From the human T2T-CHM13v2.0 reference genome, Homo sapiens, in assembly GCF_009914755.1 (NCBI RefSeq), contig NC_060930.1: a stretch of 64,000 bases of DNA; one strand, given 5' to 3'. Position numbers and translations under genes: made by a program. Below are positions 15,346-28,764 of the stretch, piece after piece. The notes beneath the pieces are model-generated. The model made no database searches, had not been told where the DNA came from, and worked only from the letters and a program-made list of their open reading frames with translations. Positions within the stretch are counted from its first letter, which is position 1. Each line of letters starts with the position of its first letter.

Positions 15346-18300
15346 AGGGTAAGCTGGTATTATAATCACCACCATTGTCATCATCATTGTTGGAATAGGC
15401 ATTGGAAGGAGGTGGATGAATTTGGGTCAGTGGGTGTCATTCACAGTAGGGCACAGTAGAGGCCTGACTTTAAAAGACTAGGTATGCTGCCACCTTCCTC
15501 AAAACGGCACCTGCACTGTGTTCACTCACATAGGTAGAAACCTGGCTCTTTTTTTCTTTTTAGAATCTTTTTTTTTTTAATCCTCACTTGGGATTAATCA
15601 CCTCCAGAAGGCCCTCATCAGGGGTTACAATACACGTGTGCATGTTTGAGGCCATGCTGCCCACGCGTAGACTTGGGGAAGGAATTTGCAGCGCCTCACT
15701 CCCTCACCAGCAGGCCCAGTGCCAGGGGGCTCCTAGGTGATGGCTGGAGCCCGCCAGTATGATGCTAAGAATGAAGACTCTGCTGCAGCATGGGCAAATA
15801 TTTAGGCAATGATGATAAATGAAATAAAGCCTGAAACCACACATGCATGATGGTCCTCACGATGTAAAAACATGGTTGCACATGAGCCAGGGCCGTAAAG
15901 AAACACAGATAAACAGTGGCACTCGTGTTAAGATGGGCAGCGCAGGAGCACATGAATTGTTTTCCTTTAATGTTTCTGCAATTGTCTTAACGATATTTTT
16001 AAAGTAGAAAAAGTAAAGGAGGGAGCATGTGCCCAGGATCCCTCTATGCCTCGGAGACCACAACTGCAGAGCAGCCATTGTTTTAGCAGAGATGGAGGGC
16101 TCCAGAGGGTGGGGCATGTCAGTTCTTAAAGAACTGCTCTTGATCTGCGAACCCCTCTGCCCTCTTTAAGCCCCAGGGGCACCGCCATCTCTAGGAATGG
16201 AAATTCCCAGCCAATGGCTCCTGCACCAGAGACAGTGGGCCCTTCCCTTCCTCACAGACAGTGCTTCCTCAGGATCATGGCCCTTCCAGGGTGAGCTTCC
16301 CGGGTAACTGGACAGGGGCTGAAAGTAGCATCCTTAGGCTATCCCATTGATGGTCTTGGTTAAAACAAGCACAGTTCAAATACCTTCGTGACCGCTGTCA
16401 ACTGCAAATGGTATGGCCTTGGGTCAGATACTTGGCCTCATTGAGCTTCACTTCCACCGTCTGTAAAGGAGCAATGCCTCTGCAGTACCTACCTTCCTCA
16501 CCGGGCTGTTACTGGTAGGAAAAGCGTGACTGCAGTGCATGGCACCCAGGAAGCTGCTCAGTCAACAGTAACGGCGGCTGCTGCTGTAGGGGTGGGCATG
16601 GGAGGGGCTGTTCCTCTCATCACTAGTTTTATTCAGTGGTTCAGATGGTTCAAATGCAGCCTCCTCTATGAGGTTGGACCCCGTTCCTCTGCACAGAACT
16701 TTCCCTCCTCCCTTGGTCTCCTGGAACACTGCGTTTGTGCCTGTCTCACAGCGCCTGCTACTTTCTCTGAGGCAGTGGTGTCACTTATACTTGTTACACT
16801 TTTCAGAGGCAGGGTGCTGACTGGCCAGAACGTAGGAAAGGCCAGGTCAGAGACTTTCTGTTTAAATAAAATGCCACGCTAGCGGGTTTCGGGTAACTGA
16901 AGAAAGTGCATTCCGCGGTCTCCATGTGGTCAGGACTTGGCTCTGTGAGTCTGCAGCCTTGTTCAGCCCTCCCTGCAGCTGTTACTGTATCCCTGTCTTC
17001 CTACTGAGGCCATGCTTGGGCCATTGTGGCACCTATACATCTTTAATACACGCCCCAATTAATGAGTTAAGTCCAGATAAAGTGGGTCTGAGGAGTTCAC
17101 AGATTGGAGTGCCACAGGGATCATATTTTCAGGTGCATTTTCTTCCAATGCACTCTGACAGCTCAAAACACTTCCTCGAGCTTCTATACATTCTGCTCGT
17201 TGCCATGTGTCCCCAGCACTTGGATATGTAATGCGAGGGATACCAACAGACTGATTTCTAAATGAGCTTCCTGCCTCAAGGCAAAGGTTGAGTTGCCCGT
17301 GCAGCTGGGAGGGCCACCAGGTGAATGACGCTGTTAGAGGGGAAGTGTTGGGGTGAAAGGTCCCTGGGAGCTTCGCTTACCACCGTGGGCACTTAATGGA
17401 TGCTAAATAATTGAAAGAATAAAGTGAGAGATGAGTGGATGCCGCCTTGATGGCCCCTCGATGAACTAACAGGGTCCGAGAACATTTGCAAATTGGTCAT
17501 TAATGTTTCATCAACAGTGTCTGCCTCCTTTGTTCATCTCAAAGGGTAGCCAGGGTTTCCGATCACAGGGATAGTTTCCTGAGAAACTTAAATGGAGGAA
17601 TTAGGCCGGGCCTGCAATTCCACCCAATAATTTGGGTTTGTTTCAAAATAGCCTAATAGCTGGGAATGGGCTGGTTTGGCTTGCTAATGTGCTTAGAAGG
17701 GTCTTGAGTGCTTTCACTCAGTGACATTTGGAGGGGGATTATGGATTTTGGAGCATTAAAGCTTTATTGTTTTTGTTTTTTGTTTTGCTTTGCCTGTTTT
17801 TGGAGTGAGGTTTGCTGACGCTAAAATGACTGTTTATTCATGACAGGGAGGGGGTGAGGAGGTATAGGGAATAATTCTACTCATGGAAAAAGGATGCCTT
17901 CTTCAAAATGATTTTTGCTGTTGGCAAAGCTGAGAACACACTCACATGATTCTCTGCCTGCAGTAAGTGACAGGAAAAACACATTGTGCGCCGTGGATAG
18001 CTATAACTAGCAGCAAATTGGTTTAAATCATAAAGAAAGGCTCAGTATACACAGCTCCCTCTTCTTCAGGGAAGTCTAGCTGGAGGAAAGAAATGGAGGC
18101 TGGGTTTAGAGTACTAGAAGTGGCAAGTCCAGCCTTGAGCCTCCCGCGGTCGGGTTTCTTCAGAAAATAACCAGGTACTCTCCCGATGTGAGCCGTGGAT
18201 TTGGGTGAAACTTTCCTCTCTCAGCCACTGCGCTGGCCTCCCTCGGCAACCCTACGTTGCAGGGACTGCCTGCCCCGAAACCCTGCCTGAGCTCACCACT

Positions 18301-19244
18301 GTCCCTTCACTGACTTTTGAAGGTGGTAGACGGGGAGAGATATTCCTTGTCCCCAGCACTGGCTGGTGTGCTCTTGACAGTGGCCTGTTCTGAAGCCTGC
18401 TAGGACGCCCGCTACCTGGGAAGCTGGCAGGAGATTCCGATGGCTTTCGGCATCTGCAGTGCTCACTCATACTGCAGATGACTCTTATTTCCGTTTTTCA
18501 CAACTTAACTGAAAAGGGCACTTAAGCAAAGCAGGCATTTAGTCCCAGGTGGAATCAATCTTCCTGCTGCAGGAAAGAGCCAGGCCCTGGGCAGCTGGTG
18601 TTTGGAGTTGGTCTTCAGTGTGTGTTGACTCACCTTCCTCTCGAGGTAAAGGAAATGAATAGCTCGTGCTAATGAATGAGGTGTCCCCAGAGCATCGTCA
18701 GTCTCTGGAGGTGTCCAGTTAGGCCCTGTGACTGTCCCAGCCCTCCCACGGGCACAGCAGAGGCGAGGCTCAGAGCCTGCCCCTGGAATGGGGGCGTGGA
18801 CGTCCCAGAGAGCAGGGGCTGAGGACACTGGAGTGGGGTCACTGGAGGAAATGGGCAAAGGCAGCTGAGTAGACACACACCTTAGAGGCTAGGGAGCTTG
18901 TCCAGAAAAAGCAGCCTGCACCTGGCCGTAAGATTTTCCAAAGATGAGGTTTATGCTCATTGTATTTTTCTCTTGGAAAATGTTTAGGGTCTTTTGCAAT
19001 GCTTTGTCCTCCTCGGTACTCAGAGGACTGCATCTGCCTTTCCCTCTTCTTTCCCCTTCAAGGATGGACGTGTAGGTTACCCACAAGTACCTGTGCCCTC
19101 ATTTTTTTAGGCACAGGCTTCTTTCTCTGCTTTGTTTTTGTTTTTTGTATGTTTGCTTTCAAGGCACATATTTTCAAGTATAAAATGACTCCTATGCTCC
19201 TTCACTTACCCTGAAAACACCTACCTGTTTCCTAAGAGCCACCT

Positions 19245-19451
19245 TTGAAAACTCTATGGACATTTTGAACCAGATTATTCTTTATCATGGGGGCTGACCT
19301 GGGCACTGTAGGCTGTTTACCAGCATCCCTGGCTTCTGCTGACTGGATGCCAGGAGCAGCCCCCTGACCCCAGTTGTGACAACCACAAATATCTTCAGCC
19401 GTTGTGCAGTGCCCTCTAGGGAGCAAAATTCCCTTCAGATAAGAACCACTG
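19245..19451 (-). mobile_element. MER20 (hAT-Charlie MITE)
   Basis: cagcatccctggcttctgctgactggatgccag...ccagttgtgacaaccacaaatatct...agaaccactg matches MER20 in reverse. Confidence 0.85.
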
Positions 19452-20199
19452 GTCTACAGGAATCACACCAAGGCAGCCCACCCATTTTAAAGATATGCCA
19501 GTCTGTTTGTTTACTGAATGTTTAATAATTGTTCATTTATTCACCTATCTGCTTACCCATTGATCTGTCCATCTGTCCATGTAGCTGAGCTGCCCAATAT
19601 CCATCTGGGACAGCAGTGCCTTGGGAGCTAAACATACTCAAACTGTGAGCCTTTCTAGAAAGAGAGAGAGACAGCGAGAGAGCGCAATTGATTGATTGAG
19701 GATAGAGGAGATAATTACTGAGCAAGCTGGATAAGATCCAAGGTACTAAATAGTTGGGGGAAGGTACTTGGGAGGAAGAGAGATGCTGCTTTTTTGAGAC
19801 CAGAGGGAAGGAAGAATGGTAAAGACAGAGGAAAATGTTTTGGTCACAGGGAAGATCACTTACCGAGTCCTAGATCTATTTATGTAGAAAAAGGATTTTC
19901 TAGATTACAAAGAGGTTTTTTTTTTTTACAACTAGAACTGTTTTTCTTAGATTTATTTTCCAAAGATGTGTCACAAGGCAGTAATTCACCATCATCAGTT
20001 AATATGTCCGAGCCCAGGGCCAGTAGAGAGGAATTAAACCTCCTCCTAAGAGGAGCAAAATATTCATCACAAAGGACAGATTTTGCAAGAGTTGGCAATC
20101 TTCTAGAGGTCATGAGCAAAGTCTTCACTTACTCTTATTAAATGGTTCTTTTGGTAGTAGTAATCTTACCTCCCCTAACCACTGCAATGATGATTGCCA

Positions 20200-20410
20200 G
20201 TTCTACTGTGTGCTTATGTTTCAAGCACTGTTCTGAGAGCTTTATACGGATTAACTCCGTTAATCCTTTCAGCCCTAGATGGTCTTTTAGAGATGAGGCA
20301 ACTGGAACACAGCAAGGTTGAGTAACTTGCCCAATGTCACACAGCTACTAAGTGGTAGAGCTGGGACACAGACCCACACTGCTGGCTCTGAAAGCATCAA
20401 CCCTAATGAC
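20200..20410 (-). mobile_element. MIR
   Basis: agatgaggcaactggaacacagcaaggttgagtaacttgcccaatgtcacacagctactaagtggtagagctggg. Confidence 0.85.
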
Positions 20411-23189
20411 TACACGCTCATTTGTCTGGAGAAAACACTGAGACCTGGAGCATGTGTGTACATGCTCACCATACAGCCCGCCCCCGATGATTGTCAGGAG
20501 AGTCAGCTGATCTGAGAAAGTGACAAGCATTGGTCATTTCAGAGAAACCGGGAGTTGGGCTTTTTAAAAGAGGCATAAAGAAACTGGGAAAATGAGACTG
20601 AGTATATTGGACAGATCCCAGGAACTACCACTCAGAGGAAGACAAGCCCCGCTCCTGTTTTTCCTTCCTTCCTCTTCCTCCTTCTCTTCCATGTGCCTTC
20701 TTCTTTCCCTTCTTCCTCCTCTTTGTTTTCAGCTCTCCTCTCTCTCCATATAGCCCTCCAGACTCTCCTCCTCTGTGAGGCTGTCTCCTTGGTCCCCTCA
20801 GAGACCGTGGCCCCAGATCCTCAATCCTCTTGCTCCCCAGATTCGTTCCATGTCTCCTGCTTCTGCACTCACGCCCTGGGCTCCTGCCCCTTGGATTAGA
20901 AGCCATGGGCGCCATTCTTTGAGCACTTTTCACACACCGGAGTATGGTTTTTAATGAACAGTTTTATTCTGTTGTACCCTTTGATCCCCTGTGTACTCCT
21001 CTATGAGTAGCACCATGTCATAGCAGGGCAGAAGCCAGGGCGTATCGTGTACTTGGAGCTCAAAGTCCCTTTGCAGTGAAATTCCACCAAAACCTATGGA
21101 TCTTTCACTTTGGGACACGCTGTTTGATCTCTGTCTGTCTTCTCCAACATCCTTTCTCATTAAACTGAAGATCAGAAAAAATCAGAAAAATAGGGCCCCT
21201 TGGTCCCTCTGAGGTCCTCAACATTTGCTAGATGGCTGGGACCCTTCCCCCTCTCAGTGTCCTGATGTGGTTTATTCTTTCATGTTTCATCTGGGCTGTA
21301 TGGGCCTGGCTGTATGAGACTCTCACGCAGCCCGAGCTAGGAGAGCCTCCCTGTAGAGCCGCACCTGGCCCCCACACTCTCTGCCTCCCTATCTCCTGTG
21401 CTCCTCCTCAGGGTCCTGCTGACCCCGTCACTGAGACAGCTGTCCCCGATGATCCTCATGCAGGGTTTTGTGTTCTTCTTATGTGAGTGTCCTTTCTTGT
21501 TGGATTGAAAGTCGCTTAAATAACACAGCAAACATTGCTCAGCACCTGCTATGTACCAGCCACTATGCTAGATGCTGGGGACACAAAAGTGAATGAACAG
21601 TCGTTGAAAGTGACAGTGTCAACAAATGGCTCTAGTAGCAGGAAACAGGAGTATCATGATTGAGAGAGGTACGTGTCGGTGATATGGCGGTGCACACTCT
21701 AGCCCTCCATGGAGGGCAGTGACCCAGGTGTGTTCAGCCTCCTAGGGAGGCAGTAAGGATTAGACAGGTTAAGGCTTGGGAAAGCCTCACAGTCGGGCCT
21801 GGCACGTAGCAAGCATGCAACACCTGTTAGATCTCGTTGTTCTCATCTCTGTAGCTCCTCTCCCTTCTGACCCGTTCCCCCAGCTTTCAATGTCAGACCA
21901 CACAGATTGTGTTCAGCAAATGAATAAATGACCATGAATGAAATGAATGTTGGGCCCATCGAGAGAGAATTAGAGAACTTGGAAAGAAGAGTGGACATTC
22001 TCAATGAGGAGGGAGAAAAACAGCACAGTGCCAAGGGGCGGAGCCCGGGAGCAAGAGCCCTGATCCCCGGACACATCAAGCTTTCCTGCCATGGGTCAGC
22101 CGGACTCCAGCCCCAGTCACGAGCTCCTGGACAGCTCCTAGTGAGTCTCCTCTTCGCTTCCCTCTTTCTTTTTTCCACCAGAGATAGGTAGGACCTTTTC
22201 ATATCCTTCAAAAAAAAAAAAAAATCAGGCATGATTCAAATCCTGTTCTTCTATTCACTCTGCCTTCACTTCACATCACTTCCACAGTTGCTGAATTCTT
22301 CCTTCATGCCACATACTGTGCAAGGCTCTGAAAATGCAACCACCAGGAGACAGTCCTGGCCCCAAGCCCCCGGCTAGGTGGTGCCCAACCCAACCTCACC
22401 TTCCACACCACCACCAATGGCCAGACAGGTGAAGTGAGGGGTTGAGCTTGGATTCCCTTTTCCCAGAAAGAGGTTTTGTGTGATTTTAACTTATTTGCAG
22501 ATAATTAACCTCAGGGTCAAAAAATCCTACCCTTCTGCCTCTGCGGAGATTGAAATTAGATTTTTGAAGAGAAGCAATTGCTGTATAGAATTAAAAACTT
22601 CTTGATGAATACTGCCATCATGACATGGGGAGGAAATCACAGTAGCACTTTCTACTGTGTAATTAAAAAACCAAAAAAGCAAAGATGAATGGAATACCCA
22701 CAAGTGAAAATGGGATTTCGTTTTCAACAGAGGAAATTGGAGTTCTGTCAGTTACACATGGAGTGTGTCCTGAATCATTTCAAATTACAGCAGGAGGTCA
22801 CGTGGGCCATTTTCTTTAATCTATGCAATACCACGGACCAGGAAAGGGAATTTTTGCTCTAAAAAGATGTGATTTTTTTCCATCCTAACCATTGACTCTC
22901 TTTCCAAAATACCAAAAACATTTCATAGCCCCAGGTGGGTTTATATTTTGTTTTTGTTCTCCCTCCTCTCCACTGCCTTGCCCTAATTTTAATCATGCTG
23001 ACTCTCCAGTCTTTAACTGCCTTTGCTCAAGAACATGTAAGGATTAGTAGCCCAGAGTTGAGTCTTGGCAACACTGTGGAGTCCATGCTGTACCCACCTA
23101 TCTGGGTTTTCCTCAGTGTCATGAAATCAGATCAGAGATCTCATAGCTGCCACACACTGATAGGTCCCACTGACCATGGAGGACACCGG

Positions 23190-23400
23190 CTCCTAAGTGA
23201 GGGAGAACTGAGTTTTGGTCCCAGCCTAGTTCTTTGCTGTGTAACCCTGTGAAATCACTAGCCTCTCTGGACTTCGTTTTCTTACATGTATGGAGTAGGG
23301 ATTGGAATAGCCTTGCTATTGCAGTTGTTGTAAGAATTAAATGAATGGATATATGAATGTCTAGTGCATGGTAAGTCCACAAGAAATACCTGCTATTATA
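23190..23400 (+). mobile_element. MIR
   Basis: ctgtgtaaccctgtgaaatcactagcctctctggacttcgttttctt...gttgttgtaagaattaaatga. Confidence 0.7.
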
Positions 23401-24197
23401 ATCACCATTGCTGTTGTAAAAAGTAATCAAGGGATCCAAGAGTGCTAAACTGGTGTAATAGCTAAGGGGTTTGGGATTGCCGAAACCTGCTGTGGACAAT
23501 GCCGTCCCTTCTTGGCAAGTTCCAGTGGTAGATGGAAATAGAGCCCTGTATAATTCTTGTGAGAATTCTAGAAAGCTAGGCTGGAGCAGGACCCCTGTCC
23601 TAAAGGCCAAAGAGACCTCTTCCTGCCCCCCGCAGACCAGCACTGGGGGTCTGACCAGAGGAGCACAAGAGCCTGCAATCCTGAATCCCCATTATCCTGA
23701 GAAAGAAAGCCACAGCCAGCTCTTGTCCCATAGGAAAGAGCTGGTCTTCTTTAGGACTTCAAGCACATGGGAGAAGGAAGCAGGCCTTGTGCTTTCAGTC
23801 TTGTTTCCACTGTGACATAAAGCAAGGAGAGGGTGTCAGGAGGGGCCATGCATCTGTGGGCACCGTTTCAACACATGGCCAGCTTGTGCTCTCTATTTGA
23901 GAGCCAGCTGGACCCAGAATCTGACCCATCAGATCAGAATCCCTCTCTGTAGAGAGGGAGCAAGGAGATGATGGTGATGATGACAGGGAACACGTACATA
24001 GCACTTAACATAGCCAGATAGTAGTTTAAATGCCTTGTATAAAGTATCTTACTGAATCTTCTTAATAACCCTTTGATATAGGCATTATATTATATTCATC
24101 TTATACCTAGGGAAATTGACACAAAATGAGGACAGTTCATTAGAGCCTGGAGAGTTCTTCTGTAAATAAGACGGAAAGATAGATGGTTGTTTGATTT

Positions 24198-24246
24198 GTA
24201 GATAGATAGATACATACATACATACATACATACATGCATACATACA
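24198..24246 (+). repeat. (TAGA)n(TACA)n compound tetranucleotide repeat
   Basis: gatagatagatacatacatacatacatacatacatgcatacatac. Confidence 0.9.
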
Positions 24247-25364
24247 ATCTGAATCTATAGTGTAGATAGAAACTGTGTCTGTCACACAGATAGAAACCGT
24301 TAGTGTAGTACACTGTATCTAGCTGTAGGTAGTTAATTCTTCTTCTCACAACTGCTGCATCCAGAAAGACCAACCCAATAAACTAAGCAGCTTTCTAGAA
24401 GATTCACTCCGCGTTTATTGCCAGATGTGTCACCTGGTCATTTTGTGGATTATATTAAAATGCAAAACAGTATTATTAGTTATTAATTTTAAAACAAAGT
24501 CTAGAAACTTTAATTTTCAATTTAGCCAACAAGGGCTTTTTTACTCTACGTACCCCTGGCTACATTTATTATACATTTATTATAGAATTACATCTATGCA
24601 ATATGTCTATGTATGAATGACTCAGAAAGGTTAAGTAACTTACTCAAGGCCACAGAGCTAATAAGTAGCAGAACTGTAGTTTGATTCCAGATTCTCTGAT
24701 TCTATCCACTGCTATTTCCACGTCATTTTCCTGTGATCCTTCCTTTGGTGTGTGTAGCTCACCAGGTCACACTAGTGGACTGGACCAAGGAAAATGCTGG
24801 ACACTTTGGTGACTAAGGGCTTGGAGCTTTGGAGGAAGACAGCTCCAGGCCCACTCCTGACTCCATCCGCTCCATCGCTCCTTGCTGCCTGGGTCCTTGA
24901 CCTCTCGGGGCCTCCGTTTCTCTCGAGGCTGTTGTGAGGATCAGATGAAAGAAAGATGTGAAGTGTCAGCACATAAGTGGTCACTGTGATTATAATTAAT
25001 AGTACACCATACAGTCCTGGCTGTTTTCTCCCAAGAATTCTTTATCTTTCGCCTGCTAATAAAACAGTATGAAGTCTGAAAGGCCTTTGTGAAGCTCCGC
25101 GTATTTGCTATTAATAACCGTGGTCAATAGCGGTAATGTTCTAACCCTTCAAATTCACTGTTTGGGAGCTGCCTTCATCCCCAGCCTATCGAACACATGC
25201 TGTGGGGCTGGACCTGTCTGTGGCACCGTGCTTTGTGACTTGCCAAAACTCATAAGGAAGTTAAGAGTGTCCTGACAGCCACTGATGCTCTTCTTTTAGG
25301 AAACTGTTCTCAAGAAGATTAGAGAGCTGGCTTGAACCATTTAGGAAGTGGGAAGGATATTAGA

Positions 25365-25829
25365 TGAGTTATTTGTTGCTGCAGAATGAATTACCCCCCA
25401 AAACAGAGGGGCTTGGCAGGTTGATTCTGGCTGTCGATTTCTCACGGGGTTGCAGCCAAGATGTCAGCTGATGCTGCAGGGATCTGAAGGCTCAACTGGG
25501 GCTGGAGGACCCCCTTCCAAGCTCAGTCAGTCGGCTGTGCCAGGAAAGGCTCGGTTCCTCCCTGGCTGTAGGTCAGAGACCTCAGCTCCTCACCACCTGG
25601 GCTCCTCCACAGGGCAAGCATTGCAGCTGGATTCCCCAGGGAGTGACCCAAGAGCAGGGAGAGGCCACATGTCTTGAGTAGCCTGGCTTTGGAAGTGACA
25701 CACCATCACTTCTGCCATATTCTCTTGAACACACAGACTGACCCTGGTCCATTGTGGGAGGGGCCACACAAGACAGGAACACCAGGAGGTGGGGATCTCT
25801 AGGGGGCATCTCTGGAGATTGCCACCACA
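25365..25829 (-). mobile_element. MLT1 (F/G-like) MaLR solo LTR
   Basis: ctgaaggctcaactggggctggagga, ggaagtgacacaccatcacttctgccatattct, ending gccaccaca. Confidence 0.85.
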
Positions 25830-26649
25830 GGTGGCACATTCTTGTCTCTGGAGAGCTGAGAGAATTCTCCTCCTCCTCCTCACAACTGTTGCCTCTAAAA
25901 AGACCAGCGCAAATAGGGCAAGCAGCCCTTCAGAATAAGGTTATGTCCACATTGATTCTAAGACATGTCACCTGATTATTTTTTGGATTGTATTCAAGTG
26001 CAAAAGCTCAACTGATAGTAGTTTAAAAACAAGCTAGAAACTATTTTTCCAGCTTAACCTTAAGGGATTTTTTTTTTTAAAAAATTGCATGTACCCCTTG
26101 CTATTTATCCTAGAAATGGCTGCAGAGCTTTAAATATAGACCAGCATGAATTCAACTCTTGCATAAATTTAAACCACATAGGTGCTAGAATACCCCTTTT
26201 TTAATCCAGAAGGGAGAGTTATCTAAGAGTGATGGGTAAGTACATGGCAAACCAATTTACTGCCTCAGCTGCTGTAATGTGGAATAATTTGCATCCCATC
26301 TCACTCATCTCTCTTCTGTCTCCACCATGCCCATTAGCACGTGAGTTTGCTCCCTTCCTCTCGCCCTCCACACTAAGCCAGATTATTTTGGATGAAAACA
26401 TTCATTTAAATTTACTCTACTTTCCCTTCACCCTATGAATTAATGTAAGGAAATGAAATCAGACTTCACAGGTACCATACATTAGCAACACAGATGACCC
26501 TGCGTGAAGGGAGATCACACAGTTACTTCCATCAGAAGTAAAACTGAGCCTCGAAAACTTCACAGAAATACACTCAGAGCCACTCAAAAGGGATCCTGAA
26601 AGGCAATGGGGGAAACAAGAAATAGAATAGGCTTCAGAAATAAGATCCT

Positions 26650-26939
26650 GGCCGGGCGCAATGGCTCACGCCTATAATCCCAGAGCTTCGGGAGGCCAAG
26701 GTGGGTGGATCACGAGGTCAGGAGTTTGAGACCAGCCTGGCCAACATAGTGAAACCCCGTCTCCACTAAAAATACAAAAATTAACTGTACGTGGTGGCAT
26801 GTGCCTGTAGTCCCAGCTACTCAAGAGGCTAAGGCAGAAGAATTGCTTGAACCCAGGAGGCGGAAGTTGCAGTGAGCCAAGATTGTGCCACTGCAGTCCA
26901 GCCTGGGCGACAGAGCAAGACCCTGTCTGAAAAAGAAAG
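26650..26939 (+). mobile_element. Alu (AluSg-like)
   Basis: ggatcacgaggtcaggag (2-bp deletion diagnostic); TSD AAGATCCT at 26642-26649 and 26940-26947. Confidence 0.97.
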
Positions 26940-26959
26940 AAGATCCTATGGGAAGGGAA

Positions 26960-27300
26960 GTGAGCCCCCTCCCTGCTTTCTGGAATAGTGTGAGTGGCAG
27001 ATGGCATTGGTCAGCTGACCTAGCCTGCATGCATAACTTCCCCATCCCAGCCTAGAGGTGGTCATGTGACCCAGTTTTGGCCAATGAGAATAAGCAGAAA
27101 TTTCTGGATGAGGTTCCCTGAGGGCTTTTTGTCTGGCATGCCCCTTTGGCCTTTTACCATGTATCCCTTCTTCCGTCTATCTGTGCATTGCTGATAGGAG
27201 GACTGGAGAGGGAGCAGCCATCTTGCAACCCATGAAGACCGTGGCTTGCTTCCTAAGGATGGTGGGACAGAAAGAAGAGCCCAGATTCCCCATGGCACTA
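26960..27300 (+). mobile_element. MLT1 (I/J-like) LTR fragment
   Basis: ggtcatgtgacccagttttggccaatgaga; gcagccatcttgcaacccatgaag; taaggatggtgggacagaaaga. Confidence 0.75.
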
Positions 27301-27349
27301 TTAGCAGTTGCTTTGTTCTGCATACCTTCAGAATTCGTTGTTATTATTC

Positions 27350-27649
27350 TTGTTGTTGTTGTTGTTTAGAGACCACATCTTGCTCTGTCACCCACGCTGG
27401 AGTGCAGTGGTGCAATCATGGCTCACTGTGATCTTGAATTCTTAGGCTCACGCAATCCTCCCACTTCAGCCTTCTGAGTACTTGGGACTACAGATGCACA
27501 CCACCACGCCCAGCTAATTTTTTAATTTTTTTGTAGAGACAGGGTCTCACTATGTTGCCCAAGCTGGTCTCAAACTCCAGGCTCAAGCAATCCTCCTGCC
27601 TTGGCCTCCCAAAGTGTTGGGATTACAGGCATAAGCACCACACCCAGCT
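27350..27649 (-). mobile_element. Alu (AluJ-type), antisense, with (TTG)n tail
   Basis: gtgcaatcatggctcactg...ctcaagcaatcctcctgccttggcctcccaaagtg. Confidence 0.95.
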
Positions 27650-28359
27650 ACTTCTAGAATTTTTTAAATGTGTCCTTTTTCTTTTGTTGAATGCAGCTGC
27701 CCTCATCAGAAGTGACACAGTATGCCAGAGCTCTGAAGAGATTGAATATGTTGCTGTACTGCAAACAGTCAGAGGAAACAGAACCCTAAAAGATGTATGA
27801 ATAGAACAGGTTCTTTCAGTGTACATTACTACGATCCAAAGTGAGGTCAATGAGTAAGAGATTCAGAATATGTCCAAAGATGAATGACAGAGAGCATCAT
27901 CATTTCTTAGAAGTAAAACAGCAAGAACAGAGTTTTTCCTGTTTACTGGGTACAAAGCTATCTACATAATTATAAGGGATGTTTTTATTGCCAGAAACAT
28001 CTAACTTTTATAAAAGCTTAAAGTAGTTTTTTTAATCATTATTTCTGTAAAATGTTTTTATTAAAGGAAACACCATATGGTAACAGCAAGAAGAGTTGGT
28101 TACGAGTCACGAAGCTAGTCAGATTTCTTTCCAACAGTTAAAATAAAAAAACTTAACACAGACCATACATTTAGAAAAAAAAAAATGCAGTTTCAAGACT
28201 CCTGAAAGCATAAAACTTTAACCAAAGAGTTGCGTGTGTATCGTTGTCGGTTTTTTTCATTTTCTAGAATGTAAGACAAAATCTTGGAACGCTTAGGGGT
28301 TATATTCATAATATTTAACAGCCAGCACAGCCTGGACAATGACTCGTTAGAACAGGCAT

Positions 28360-28764
<405 letters not shown>

